A stretch of 64,000 bases of DNA from Candidatus Lustribacter sp. (lineage in GTDB: Bacteria; Vulcanimicrobiota; Vulcanimicrobiia; Vulcanimicrobiales; Vulcanimicrobiaceae): NCBI GenBank assembly GCA_965277805.1, contig OZ255842.1:64001-128000 (forward strand). The letters are read 5' to 3'. Both the position numbers and the translations under genes were made by a program. Below are positions 35,312-44,674 of this stretch, piece by piece. Below the pieces are notes generated by a model, which saw only the letters and a program-made list of their open reading frames with translations, was not told where the DNA came from and made no database searches. Every line of letters starts with the position of its first letter. Positions within the stretch are counted from its first letter, which is position 1.

Positions 35312-37383
35312 TATGCGGCTCCGGTGAGATGAAGGGCTTGGAGGATGAGATCGATCGCTTTGATCCCGATGAAGGGAACGATGATGCCGCCCAAGCCGTA
35401 GATGAGGACGTTCTCGCGCAGGACGGCGTTCGCGCCACGCGGGCGGTACGCCACGCCGCGCAGGGCGAGCGGAATAAGCGCGATGATGATGAGCGCATTG
35501 AAGATCACCGCCGAGAGGATCGCGCTCTGCGGCGTTGCGAGATGCATGATGTTCAACGCGCTCATCTCGGGATACGTCGCCACGAACATCGCGGGGAGGA
35601 TGGCGAAGTACTTGGCAACGTCGTTCGCGATCGAGAACGTCGTCAGGGCGCCGCGCGTCATCAACAATTGCTTGCCGACTTCGACGACTTCGATCAACTT
35701 CGTGGGATCGGAGTCGAGGTCGACCATGTTGCCCGCCTCTTTCGCAGCTTGCGTGCCGGAATTCATCGCCACGCCGACGTCGGCTTGCGCGAGCGCCGGT
35801 GCGTCGTTGGTGCCGTCGCCGGTCATCGCGACGAGTCGCCCGGACGCTTGCTCGCGCTTGATCAGCGCCATCTTCGTTTCGGGCGTGGCCTCAGCGAGGA
35901 AATCGTCCACCCCCGCTTCGCCCGCGATGGCACTCGCGGTCAGCGGGTTGTCGCCGGTGATCATGATCGTGCGGATGCCCATCGCGCGCAGGCGATCGAA
36001 CCGTACCTTCATGTTCGGTTTGAGAATGTCTTTGAGTGCGATCACCGCGAGCAAACCGTGTTCGTCGGCCAGCAGCAGCGGGGTTCCGCCGGCGCGCGCG
36101 ATGCGCTCGATTTGCGCATCCAGCTGAGGTGCGATTGCGCTGGCGCTTTGCTCGGTGACCCATGCGCGCACCGCATCCGGCGCGCCCTTGCGGATCTTGC
36201 GCCCGTCGGCGAAGTCGAGTCCGCTCATGCGCGTGTAGGCGCTGAACGGTACGAACGACGCACCGGCGGGAAGTTCGGGCCGTGCATCGCCGTAGAGCTG
36301 CGTGTCGGCCGAGAGGCCGGCGTGGGGCGCCGCAAACACGACGATCGAACGGCCTTCCGGCGTTTCGTCGGCCAGTGAGGAGTAGTACGCCGCTTTGTAG
36401 GCCCGCGGAGCGTCCACGCCGTCGGCGATGATGACCTCGCTGGCTTGACGGTTGCCGAGCGTGATCGTACCGGTCTTGTCGAGCAGCAGGGTATCGACGT
36501 CGCCGGCGGCTTCGACCGCGCGGCCGCTCATCGCCAGGACGTTCCGCTGCAGCACACGGTCCATGCCGGCGATGCCGATGGCCGAGAGCAGTCCGCCGAT
36601 GGTGGTCGGGATGAGACAGACGAGCAAGGCGATGAGCACGACGATGCTTGGCTTGGCGCCGGCATAGATGGTGAACGGTGCCAACGTGGCGACCGCGATG
36701 AGGAAGACGATCGTCAAGCCGGCGAGCAAGATCGAGAGCGCGATCTCGTTGGGCGTCTTCTGACGCTGCGCGCCTTCGACGAGCGAGATCATGCGATCGA
36801 GGAACGACTCGCCGGGATTCGCGCCGACGACGAACACGATTTCATCCGAGAGCACGCGGGTGCCGCCGGTGACCGAGCTGCGGTCGCCGCCGGCTTCGCG
36901 AATGACGGGCGCCGATTCGCCGGTGATGGCGGACTCGTCGACCGTGGCCGCGCCTTCGACGATTTCGCCGTCGGCGGGGATCAACTCGCCCGCGATGACG
37001 CGGACGCGATCGCCTTTGCGCAACTCGGTCGCGCTTACCGGCGTGACCGTTCCGTTGACGACGCGCTGAGCGATCGTCTCCGTTTTCGTGCGCCGCAAGA
37101 ACTCGGCTTGCGCTTTACCGCGGCCTTCGGCCACAGCCTCGGCGAAGTTGGCGAACACGACCGTGAACCAGAGCCAGATGGAAATTGCGATGTCGAAGCC
37201 GAGTTTGCCGTTGCCGGCCATGGCATCATGGATCGCGTAGATCAGCGTGACGAGCGCGCCGACTTCGCAGATGAACATAACGGGGTTCTTGAGCTGCACG
37301 CGGGGGTCGAGTTTCTGGAACGAAGCGACAATCGCCGGCCCCAAAATCTCGCCGTCGAACAGCGACCGTGAACGCGATACCAT
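35311..37383 (-). CDS. kdpB: K+-transporting ATPase subunit B
   Basis: [19 protein letters not shown] and IPTTIGGLL motifs. ATG start at 37383. Confidence 0.97.
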   Translation of the reverse strand: MVSRSRSLFDGEILGPAIVASFQKLDPRVQLKNPVMFICEVGALVTLIYAIHDAMAGNGKLGFDIAISIWLWFTVVFANFAEAVAEGRGKAQAEFLRRTKTETIAQRVVNGTVTPVSATELRKGDRVRVIAGELIPADGEIVEGAATVDESAITGESAPVIREAGGDRSSVTGGTRVLSDEIVFVVGANPGESFLDRMISLVEGAQRQKTPNEIALSILLAGLTIVFLIAVATLAPFTIYAGAKPSIVVLIALLVCLIPTTIGGLLSAIGIAGMDRVLQRNVLAMSGRAVEAAGDVDTLLLDKTGTITLGNRQASEVIIADGVDAPRAYKAAYYSSLADETPEGRSIVVFAAPHAGLSADTQLYGDARPELPAGASFVPFSAYTRMSGLDFADGRKIRKGAPDAVRAWVTEQSASAIAPQLDAQIERIARAGGTPLLLADEHGLLAVIALKDILKPNMKVRFDRLRAMGIRTIMITGDNPLTASAIAGEAGVDDFLAEATPETKMALIKREQASGRLVAMTGDGTNDAPALAQADVGVAMNSGTQAAKEAGNMVDLDSDPTKLIEVVEVGKQLLMTRGALTTFSIANDVAKYFAILPAMFVATYPEMSALNIMHLATPQSAILSAVIFNALIIIALIPLALRGVAYRPRGANAVLRENVLIYGLGGIIVPFIGIKAIDLILQALHLTGAA

Positions 37384-37384
37384 G

Positions 37385-39085
37385 TTAGAACGTCTTCCCT
37401 TGATAAAGCTGCAGGTGTTCGACGATCGGTCCCAGCGCATCGGCCGGGAAGAACGTCAGCGCACCGACGATGAGGAGCACGCCGATCAACAGCACGACGA
37501 AGACCGGTGAGGTCGTCGTGAACGTGCCGGCCGTCGTAGCGATGGCCTTCTTGCCGGCCAGCGAGCCGGCGAGTGCAACGATCGCGACGATCTCGGCGAA
37601 GCGGCCGAAGAACATCGAGATGCCGGTCCAGAAGTCGTAGAACGTGTTGCCGCTCAGGCCCCCGAATGCCGAGCCGTTGTTGCCCGTTGCCGACGAGAAC
37701 GCATAGAGGATCTCGGAGAACCCGTGCGCCCCGTTGTTGCTGAGCGTGGCGAGTCCGTCTTTCGCGACCGACGCGATGCCGGTCGGAACGAGCGTGAACA
37801 CCGGAACGACGAGCAGGGCGAGCATCGCGAACTGCACTTCGCGCCGTTCGATCTTCTTGCCAAGATACTCCGGTGTTCGCCCGACCATGAGCCCCGCGAT
37901 GAATACCGTGAGCACGACGAATTCGAGGATGCCGTACAGGCCCGCGCCGACGCCGCCGAAGATGTTCTCGCCGAGCTGGATGTTCAGCATCGGAATCAAG
38001 CCGCCCAGCGGCATGAACGAATCGTGTTGCGCGTTAACGCAGCCGCAGCTCGTGGCGGTCGTGCTGACCGCGAACAGCGCGGACGCACCGACGCCGAAGC
38101 GGACGTCCTTGCCTTCCATGTTGCCGCCGCTGACGCCCATCGCGTGAACGAGCGGGTTGCCCGCGCCTTCCGCGCCCGATGCGATCACCAAACCGCAGGC
38201 CCAAATGAGCGACATCGCGACGAACAGCGCCCACCCTTGCCGCTGATCTTTCGCGTAGCGCCCGTACGTATACGTGAGAGCGGCCGGGATCAACAGGAAC
38301 AGCCACATCTCGAGCATGTTGGTGAACGGGTTGGGGTTCTCGTTCGGTGAGATCGAATTGGCGCCGACGAAGCCGCCCCCGTTGGTGCCGAGTTCCTTGA
38401 TGGCTTCCATCGAAGCCATCGGGCCGCCGGTAATCGACTGCGAGAAGCCCTCGAGACTCTTCACCGGCGCGTACGCCGCGAAGTTTTGCGGCACGCCCTG
38501 GAAGATCAGCACGAGGCCGGCCACGACCGAAATCGGGACGAGGATGTAGAGCATCGAACGCGTGAGGTCGACCCAAAAATTTCCGAGCGACTTCCCGTCG
38601 GTGCGCACGAAACCGCGAACGACCGCAATTGCGATCGCGATACCGGCGCCGGCCGACACGAACATGTGCCATGCCAGTCCGGCCATTTGCGTAAAGTAGC
38701 TCAGCGTCGACTCACCCGAGTAGAACTGCCAGTTGGTGTTCGTCAGGAAGCTGATCGCCGTGTTGAAGGCGAGGTCGGGCGCGACGTTGCCGAACCCCTG
38801 CGGGTTGAACGGCAGCCATGCTTGCGTGCGCAGCAACGTGTACAGATACACGAAGCCGACGAGGCTAAAACCCATCACCGCAAACAGGTAGGATTTCCAG
38901 CCCATCTCGCTTTCGGGATTGATCCGGCAGACTTTGTAGATTGCCGATTCGATCGGAACCATCACCGGCGAGAGGAAGGTGCGTTCGCCCATGAAAACGC
39001 GCGCCATGAAACCGCCAAATGGTTTCACGCACACGAGCACGAGCAGAAAATAGAGCAGGTCTTGAAGCCAGCCGGCTGTCGTCAT
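37385..39085 (-). CDS. kdpA: K+-transporting ATPase subunit A
   Basis: [23 protein letters not shown] and NNGSAF motifs. Confidence 0.97.
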   Translation of the reverse strand: MTTAGWLQDLLYFLLVLVCVKPFGGFMARVFMGERTFLSPVMVPIESAIYKVCRINPESEMGWKSYLFAVMGFSLVGFVYLYTLLRTQAWLPFNPQGFGNVAPDLAFNTAISFLTNTNWQFYSGESTLSYFTQMAGLAWHMFVSAGAGIAIAIAVVRGFVRTDGKSLGNFWVDLTRSMLYILVPISVVAGLVLIFQGVPQNFAAYAPVKSLEGFSQSITGGPMASMEAIKELGTNGGGFVGANSISPNENPNPFTNMLEMWLFLLIPAALTYTYGRYAKDQRQGWALFVAMSLIWACGLVIASGAEGAGNPLVHAMGVSGGNMEGKDVRFGVGASALFAVSTTATSCGCVNAQHDSFMPLGGLIPMLNIQLGENIFGGVGAGLYGILEFVVLTVFIAGLMVGRTPEYLGKKIERREVQFAMLALLVVPVFTLVPTGIASVAKDGLATLSNNGAHGFSEILYAFSSATGNNGSAFGGLSGNTFYDFWTGISMFFGRFAEIVAIVALAGSLAGKKAIATTAGTFTTTSPVFVVLLIGVLLIVGALTFFPADALGPIVEHLQLYQGKTF

Positions 39086-39175
39086 TTAGAATCGCTCCGG
39101 CCGCAGCATCGCGACAAGCAAATACACGAGTGAGGCGACCGAAAGCAACAGCCCCATCCAAAGTTCGGGCGTCAT
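39086..39175 (-). CDS. kdpF: K+-transporting ATPase subunit F
   Basis: MTPELWMGLLLSVASLVYLLVAMLRPERF carries the KdpF signature YL..A.L.PERF and lies directly before kdpA. Confidence 0.92.
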   Translation of the reverse strand: MTPELWMGLLLSVASLVYLLVAMLRPERF

Positions 39176-39261
39176 ATCTTTTCGGCACCCCGTACGTAGA
39201 GGTCGATGAGGGCGAAGAACACGACGATCGCCACGATCAACCCAATTTCGAGTAAAATCAC
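39172..39261 (-). CDS. Small hydrophobic kdp-leader peptide (KdpZ/KdpG-like, 29 aa)
   Basis: GTG start, MILLEIGLIVAIVVFFALIDLYVRGAEKI. Its TGA overlaps the kdpF ATG. Confidence 0.7.
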   Translation of the reverse strand: MILLEIGLIVAIVVFFALIDLYVRGAEKI

Positions 39262-39300
39262 GGGTCAAGCATAGACCCGGCTGGGGCCGGACGTAAGCCT

Positions 39301-39360
39301 CCGAACGGATGAGCCGAATGGCTGCGCTGCTTTTCAACCGTTCGGACGACCGCCGAACGG
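39301..39360. promoter_or_regulatory. Repeated CCGAAYGG boxes upstream of the kdp operon
   Basis: CCGAACGG at 39301, CCGAATGG at 39314, inverted CCGTTCGG at 39338, CCGAACGG at 39353. Confidence 0.5.
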
Positions 39361-39399
39361 CGGCTTACCAGCGCCGACCGCACCCGCTAGGCTTGAGAC

Positions 39400-39612
39400 A
39401 TGCCTAGCGTTTCCCGGATTCGCCGCCACATGTCCCTTGCTCACGTCATCGAGGGCGAACTCGATGGCTCAAACCGGCGCCGTTACGAGCACTCCGTCAA
39501 GGAGCACCTTACGGCATCGAAGATGACGGTGCTCATCGACGAGCGCGAGGCCGATCACGTCGTCAGCGTCTTTTCGCGCTTCCCCCGGCCGGCAAGCCGC
39601 AGCGTCGCCTAA
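39400..39612 (+). CDS. Small hypothetical protein (weak resemblance to a P-II C-terminal region)
   Basis: ATG 6 nt after a TAGGCT -10-like box. KMTVLIDEREADHVVSVF segment. Confidence 0.4.
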   Translation: MPSVSRIRRHMSLAHVIEGELDGSNRRRYEHSVKEHLTASKMTVLIDEREADHVVSVFSRFPRPASRSVA

Positions 39613-39754
39613 AGAGCCATGGTAACGTGGCTCATCGTGGTGGTCTCGGGACTCTTCATGACGGTATTGTGTGCTCTACTCACCGCGATGCGTAATGTCG
39701 ATGTTGCTGCTGTGGCGCATGATAATGAACGGCAGAGGAGATCGAGTCCCGACG

Positions 39755-40705
39755 TTACTTCGGCGGCGACCAGAGGATCTCGCTTGCCGGAAAGCTCTTT
39801 GCGAGGACGCCGTACTTGACCGAGGCATCGATCACCGGCTGAATTTGAGCCGGATCGAGAGAGCTCGAATTCACTGCCCGAGCCATCGAGTGCATCAGCG
39901 CCGGGTCGATCTTCGAGTACTTGATCAGGATGTCGCCGGACTCGCTCTGGTGCGCGTTCGCCCACACGCTCGCTTTGACGACCGCCGCGGTAAAGCGCTT
40001 CGCGACGTCGACGTGCGTTTGCAGCCACGACGACATCGCGCCCCAGGCCACGGTGACGAAACTCGGCGCGATGGCCTCCTCCGGATCGGCGATGATGCGG
40101 CCCGAGGCTTTCGCCGCGGTGAGGAACGGCTCGGTCGTGATCACCGCATCGACGGTATGCGCGGCGAGCGCGGCGCCCATTTGCGGAAACGGCAATTCGA
40201 CGAACTTCAGCGTTTTGGAATCCCCGCCGTGCTTATCGACCCAGCTCATCGCGAGCACTTGCTGGATCGACTTGACGGCGAGAATGCCGATCGTCTTGCC
40301 GTTGAGGTCCGCGGCCGCCTTCACCGTTGAATCTTTCGGCACCATGACGGCGGTCGCTTCGACCTTCGACGAGGTACTGACTGACGGTGCGAACAGCTTG
40401 AAGTCGAAGCCGTTCAGGTGCCCCTGCGCGGTCGCCGTGACGACCGATTGCGCGACGTCGATCGCGCCGGACGTCAACGCCGCGGCCGAGGCCGAACCGT
40501 TGGGCAATGGCGTGATCTGCACGTCGAGGCCGGCATCCTTGAAATAGCCCAAATCGAGAGCGAAGAAGACGTTGCCGCTGTTGTCGGTCGGCAGCGCGCC
40601 GACTTTGACCACAGTTAGCGGCGTCTGCGCCATTGCGGCCAGTGGTGCAACGGCGAGGACGAACGCGGCGAATATCGGCCCAAGCGGACGGTAAGCGTTT
40701 TTCAA
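39755..40705 (-). CDS. ABC transporter substrate-binding protein, NitT/TauT family
   Basis: AAGGAG SD with TTG at 40705, signal peptide, GYFKDAGLDV and ADLNGKT motifs. Confidence 0.88.
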   Translation of the reverse strand: MKNAYRPLGPIFAAFVLAVAPLAAMAQTPLTVVKVGALPTDNSGNVFFALDLGYFKDAGLDVQITPLPNGSASAAALTSGAIDVAQSVVTATAQGHLNGFDFKLFAPSVSTSSKVEATAVMVPKDSTVKAAADLNGKTIGILAVKSIQQVLAMSWVDKHGGDSKTLKFVELPFPQMGAALAAHTVDAVITTEPFLTAAKASGRIIADPEEAIAPSFVTVAWGAMSSWLQTHVDVAKRFTAAVVKASVWANAHQSESGDILIKYSKIDPALMHSMARAVNSSSLDPAQIQPVIDASVKYGVLAKSFPASEILWSPPK

Positions 40706-41880
40706 GTAACGGCACTCCTTCGGTAGACGACGCCGGTGAAACCAGGAATGAAGACGCCGGCCGGGTCGTTTCCGGCGGCGACGAGCTGATCGATGATATA
40801 GTGCGCGGCCGCGTTGGAGACGAGTTGCGCCGGGTCTTCCATCACGACGCGCAGGCGCGTGATCAGCCCGCGCCGATCGTGCAGTGACGCCAAGGCGGGC
40901 ATTGCGTCGACGCGCTCGGTCGTAGCGTCGATCACCGGTGCCGCGGGCACGGTCGCGCGGTAGCCGGGATATCCGGCGAACATTTCGCGCGCCAGGTCCG
41001 TGCTCGCGCGCGTGCGGTTCCACATCTCGCGGTACTCTGCATTGAGCTTCGCGGCGTGGGCGGTATCGGTGACGTCATCGGCGACGAAGGAAGGCGCGAA
41101 GGGTGCGATCAGCACGCGCTCTGCGGCCAGCCGCTCGCTCGAAGCGCGCCACAGAATATGGCACATGTTGTTGGTGGCCCAGGTGACGCCCGCGGTCGCG
41201 CGTCCCGTGCGTCCGGCCAGCAGCACCATCGCGCGCTCCCACGCGACGTCGTGCCCGCGCAGCCAGGCGATGATGCGCTGCACGATGTCGATGAAGGCGA
41301 GACCGAACGTTCCCGCCATCATGTCGTTCATCGCCACCGGTACGTCCGGCGAATCGAGCGGATCTAAAAAGCGCTCGCGTACCGCGCTGAAGTCGAGTAG
41401 CGATTCGTTGTCGAGGGCGGCGCGCAAGTAATCGCGCGTGACGATGCACGTATAATCGGTCAGCTCCGCGATTTCGCTCTCGAGGTTGCGCCAGGCGTTT
41501 ACCTCGAGCGCGCGCCAGTAGGCGGCATCGTTGATCGCGAGCACCGCGTCCACATGCTCCAGGAGGCGAGCCGCGTCGTCGCGCCAGCCCGGATCACCGA
41601 GTTCACGTAGGCGCGCGAGCCAGGGAACGGCCGTACCGAGATGCGAGACCGCGGTGATCTCAATGAAGCCGCGCGTGGCGTGCCGGAAACTCTCGATCTG
41701 CGGCGGCCGTCCGTCGCCGGGAAAGTACGCAACGTCGTTTCCGGTGGCGACGAGCAGCGGATCGCCGGCGCTGGCGAGCGTCATCCGCCGTCCGAGATGC
41801 GCGCCGATGCTCTCCGGGTCCGAGGTGTAGGCCGCGAACAGCCCGCGAAACGCCGGATGCGGCGCGTACGGCTGCTTCAC
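40702..41880 (-). CDS. Uncharacterised protein (DUF5624-like)
   Basis: GTG overlaps the upstream stop. Motifs DPLLVATG.D...FPG, GFIEITAVSHLG and FIPGF.GV.Y are recalled as DUF5624-type, not verified by search. Confidence 0.6.
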   Translation of the reverse strand: MKQPYAPHPAFRGLFAAYTSDPESIGAHLGRRMTLASAGDPLLVATGNDVAYFPGDGRPPQIESFRHATRGFIEITAVSHLGTAVPWLARLRELGDPGWRDDAARLLEHVDAVLAINDAAYWRALEVNAWRNLESEIAELTDYTCIVTRDYLRAALDNESLLDFSAVRERFLDPLDSPDVPVAMNDMMAGTFGLAFIDIVQRIIAWLRGHDVAWERAMVLLAGRTGRATAGVTWATNNMCHILWRASSERLAAERVLIAPFAPSFVADDVTDTAHAAKLNAEYREMWNRTRASTDLAREMFAGYPGYRATVPAAPVIDATTERVDAMPALASLHDRRGLITRLRVVMEDPAQLVSNAAAHYIIDQLVAAGNDPAGVFIPGFTGVVYRRSAVT

Positions 41881-42971
41881 AGCGTGCACCGGTAGACGAT
41901 CGTGTCGGCGCGGTAGCGCACCTCGGGGCTCAGGCTGTTGGAAACGGCGAGAAAGTGCTCGCCATCCGCTTCGAAGTACGCTGCATCCGTGCCGCCGGTG
42001 GTTGCGAATTCCTCGACCACGTCGAAGGTGCCGTTTTCCCAACCGTAAATTTGCGACCGCAATTGCGGTTTCGGATCGTGCGGCGTGCCTTGAATGAAAC
42101 ACACGCGCACGAGAAAGCGTCCGCGCGGCGTCTCGATGATTTTCAGCTCGCGTCCGCCGTCACCGCCCAACGATTGCTGCACGGCGAAGCGCTCGCCGTC
42201 CCAGCGTTGCAGCGTCGTCTCGCCGAAGATCGGCGCGTAGATGAGCCATGAGCTTCCGTTGTCCGCAAAATACGCGAATGCCCGGCCCGCTTTTTCGCCG
42301 ATGTCCTGGAACGGAACGAAGTACTTGCCGTCCCAGCGCAAGATGCGCGACGCCCCGACGTGATCGGCATACGCGAGCAGCTGCATCCCATCCAGCTCGA
42401 AGAACGTCCAGTTATACCCCCAGCGGCCGTCGAGCACTTGGAACTCGGCAAATTGCGTGCCGTCCCACTCGTAGATGCGCGACGTCGCCGGCTGACGTGC
42501 CTCAACGCCCTCCATCGTTACGCCTTGCGCGAGTGCCAAGAAGCGCCGGCCGTCGAATTCGAAAAAACGCCACTGCTTCGCGCCGAAGGTGGGGATCGTT
42601 TGAAACAACACCGGACCGTTCTCACTCCAGCGATAGATCGCCGATGTGCAGTTGAGGTCGTACGGGCCGCGGCCGCTGCGCAGGCTGGCCAGTGCGAGAA
42701 ACGCGTCGTCGCCGATCGTGAAAAATTCGGCGTCTTCGCCGCCGGGCACGGGTAACGCGCCGTCGTCTTCGAACTTGCCGGTGCGCCAAACGTACAGCCG
42801 CGTGTCGACGTCGCTGTTGCCGCCGTTCATGTGCGCCGGCGTGCCGGGGACGTCTTCCGCCAGTTGCGGGATGACCAAACGGAGCGCCCCGCCGGTACGA
42901 AAGACCTCGACGGCCCGGGCGCCGGACGTGGCGAGCCGCTGATGCACGGTGAGCACGCTTTGATCAGGCAT
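41877..42971 (-). CDS. EPTP/EAR-repeat seven-bladed beta-propeller protein
   Basis: Seven ~45-50 aa repeats of the form x-E/F-F-x-x-G-x-x-F-L-A...S-x-I-Y-x-W-x-G-x-F. No signal peptide. Confidence 0.75.
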   Translation of the reverse strand: MPDQSVLTVHQRLATSGARAVEVFRTGGALRLVIPQLAEDVPGTPAHMNGGNSDVDTRLYVWRTGKFEDDGALPVPGGEDAEFFTIGDDAFLALASLRSGRGPYDLNCTSAIYRWSENGPVLFQTIPTFGAKQWRFFEFDGRRFLALAQGVTMEGVEARQPATSRIYEWDGTQFAEFQVLDGRWGYNWTFFELDGMQLLAYADHVGASRILRWDGKYFVPFQDIGEKAGRAFAYFADNGSSWLIYAPIFGETTLQRWDGERFAVQQSLGGDGGRELKIIETPRGRFLVRVCFIQGTPHDPKPQLRSQIYGWENGTFDVVEEFATTGGTDAAYFEADGEHFLAVSNSLSPEVRYRADTIVYRCTL

Positions 42972-43048
42972 GGTACGCTCTCACCGTATCACCGCCGGTC
43001 GCGGAGCAGGTATCCCACATCCGTCCAAAAAATGTCGCGGCTCGGCCA

Positions 43049-43810
43049 ATGATGACGGAAATGCTTGCCATCACCGAGTCGGACGGATTCGAAACGCGTC
43101 GCTTTCGCTACGAAGGCAACCACGTGATGGAGCCGCACGTGCATGAGCACGGGCAACTCACTTGGATCACGGCCGGCGTGCTCACGCAGGTGACCGAGTC
43201 CGGGATGTGGGTCGCGCCGCGCCAACGCCTGATTTGGATGCCGCCCGGCGTGCACCACGGCGCGCAGTCGCGCGGCGTCGTCGAAGGGTGGCTCGTCCTC
43301 GCGCCGGCGTATTTTGCCGAGCATCTGCCGGCGCGCGTGTGCGTGCTGCGCACCTCGCAATTGTTGACCACGGCGCTCGAGCGCTTGACCGAACGCGCTG
43401 CGACGTCGCACCTGGCCGCGTTGCTCGCGCCCGTAATTCTGTTCGAGCTCGGTCAAACGGCGGTCGAAGAGCTGGGCGTGCCGTTGCCCCAGGGCACGAC
43501 GTTGCGTGCGGTTGCGCAAATGGTCATCGAGACACCGTCCGACCCGCGTGGCATCGACGACTGGGCGCGCGCGGCACTGATGTCCACGCGCTCGTTCACG
43601 CGCCACTTCGAAGCGGAAACCGGCATGCCGTTCTCGGAGTGGAAACGGCGCGTGGTGGCACGTCGTGCGGTCGAATTGCTCGCCTCGGGCGAGAGCGTGG
43701 CAAACGTGGCCGCCATGCTCGGCTACGAGTCGGTGAGCGCGTTTATCGCAATGTTCAAACGGCTGCACGGCATGCCGCCGTCGCGTTTCGTCGCCTCAAC
43801 GCTCAACTAA
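43049..43810 (+). CDS. AraC family transcriptional regulator (cupin plus HTH, NimR-like)
   Basis: H.HEHGQL cupin, MSTRSFTRHF..ETG and LGYES.SAFIAMFK motifs. Confidence 0.93.
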   Translation: MMTEMLAITESDGFETRRFRYEGNHVMEPHVHEHGQLTWITAGVLTQVTESGMWVAPRQRLIWMPPGVHHGAQSRGVVEGWLVLAPAYFAEHLPARVCVLRTSQLLTTALERLTERAATSHLAALLAPVILFELGQTAVEELGVPLPQGTTLRAVAQMVIETPSDPRGIDDWARAALMSTRSFTRHFEAETGMPFSEWKRRVVARRAVELLASGESVANVAAMLGYESVSAFIAMFKRLHGMPPSRFVASTLN

Positions 43811-43888
43811 TTCGAGCTCGCGCCAACTAGTATCGCGATCCGGCCAATCGGCAGTGCCGCGACGGCCCTTCGTGGTAGCGTCGAACGC

Positions 43889-44674
43889 ATGGGAACGGAC
43901 GACCGCCGCCTTCTCGACCGCCTGGCCGCCGGCGAACCAGCGCTGACCGTCGGCATCCGCGCGGCGCGCACCGCCGATGTCGCGCGGATCGCGCACGCCG
44001 CCGGGTATGCCGCGCTCTGGGTTGATCTCGAACACAGCAGTATGCCGATCGACGTTGCGTCGGCGATCGCCTCGACCGCGCACGATCTCGGCATGGAAGC
44101 GTGGGTACGCGTGTGCGAGCGCGACTACGGCGTGATCGGTCGCCTGCTCGACGGCGGTGTGACGGGCATCGTCATGCCGCGCGTCGAGAGTGCTGAAGAA
44201 GCACGGAAGCTCGTCACCGCCGTCCGTTTTCCGCCGCTCGGCCAACGCTCGCAAATCGGTATGCTGCCGCATTTCGGCTCGGCCCGTCCGTCGCCGGCCG
44301 ATTTCATGCAGCGCATCGAACGCGCAACGAGCGCGCATTGCCTGATCGAGTCCGCCGCCGGCGTTGCGAATGCCGATGCGATTGCGGCCGTGGACGGCGT
44401 CGACGTCTTGCACCTTGGCTTGAACGACCTCTCCGTCGATCTCGGTCACATCGGCGAGTTGCGTCATCCCGCCGTCGCGGATGCCTGCGCGACCGTGATC
44501 GCTGCGGCCAAGCGGCACGGCAAATTAGCCGCCGTGGGCGGAGTGGCCGACCCCGATCACTACCGCGACATCCTCGCGCTCGGCGCGATTCCGCTGATCT
44601 TCGCGGCGATCGATTCTGACGTGCTGGCCGCCGGGCTGCGCTCGCGCGCTTCCGAGTGGCTGGCGCACGCGTGA
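43889..44674 (+). CDS. HpcH/HpaI aldolase family protein
   Basis: VDLEHS, LLDGG..GIVMP.V, FPPLG.RS, LIES and G.NDLS motifs. Confidence 0.9.
   Translation: MGTDDRRLLDRLAAGEPALTVGIRAARTADVARIAHAAGYAALWVDLEHSSMPIDVASAIASTAHDLGMEAWVRVCERDYGVIGRLLDGGVTGIVMPRVESAEEARKLVTAVRFPPLGQRSQIGMLPHFGSARPSPADFMQRIERATSAHCLIESAAGVANADAIAAVDGVDVLHLGLNDLSVDLGHIGELRHPAVADACATVIAAAKRHGKLAAVGGVADPDHYRDILALGAIPLIFAAIDSDVLAAGLRSRASEWLAHA

Noticed and set aside
39258-39272. Mini-ORF ATG CTT GAC CCG TGA overlapping the kdp leader peptide start
   Set aside because: Its ATG lies within the predicted -10 box (TATGCT), so it is probably not transcribed.
39262-39400. c-di-AMP (ydaO) riboswitch expected upstream of kdp
   Set aside because: No ydaO consensus is seen, and the promoter appears leaderless.
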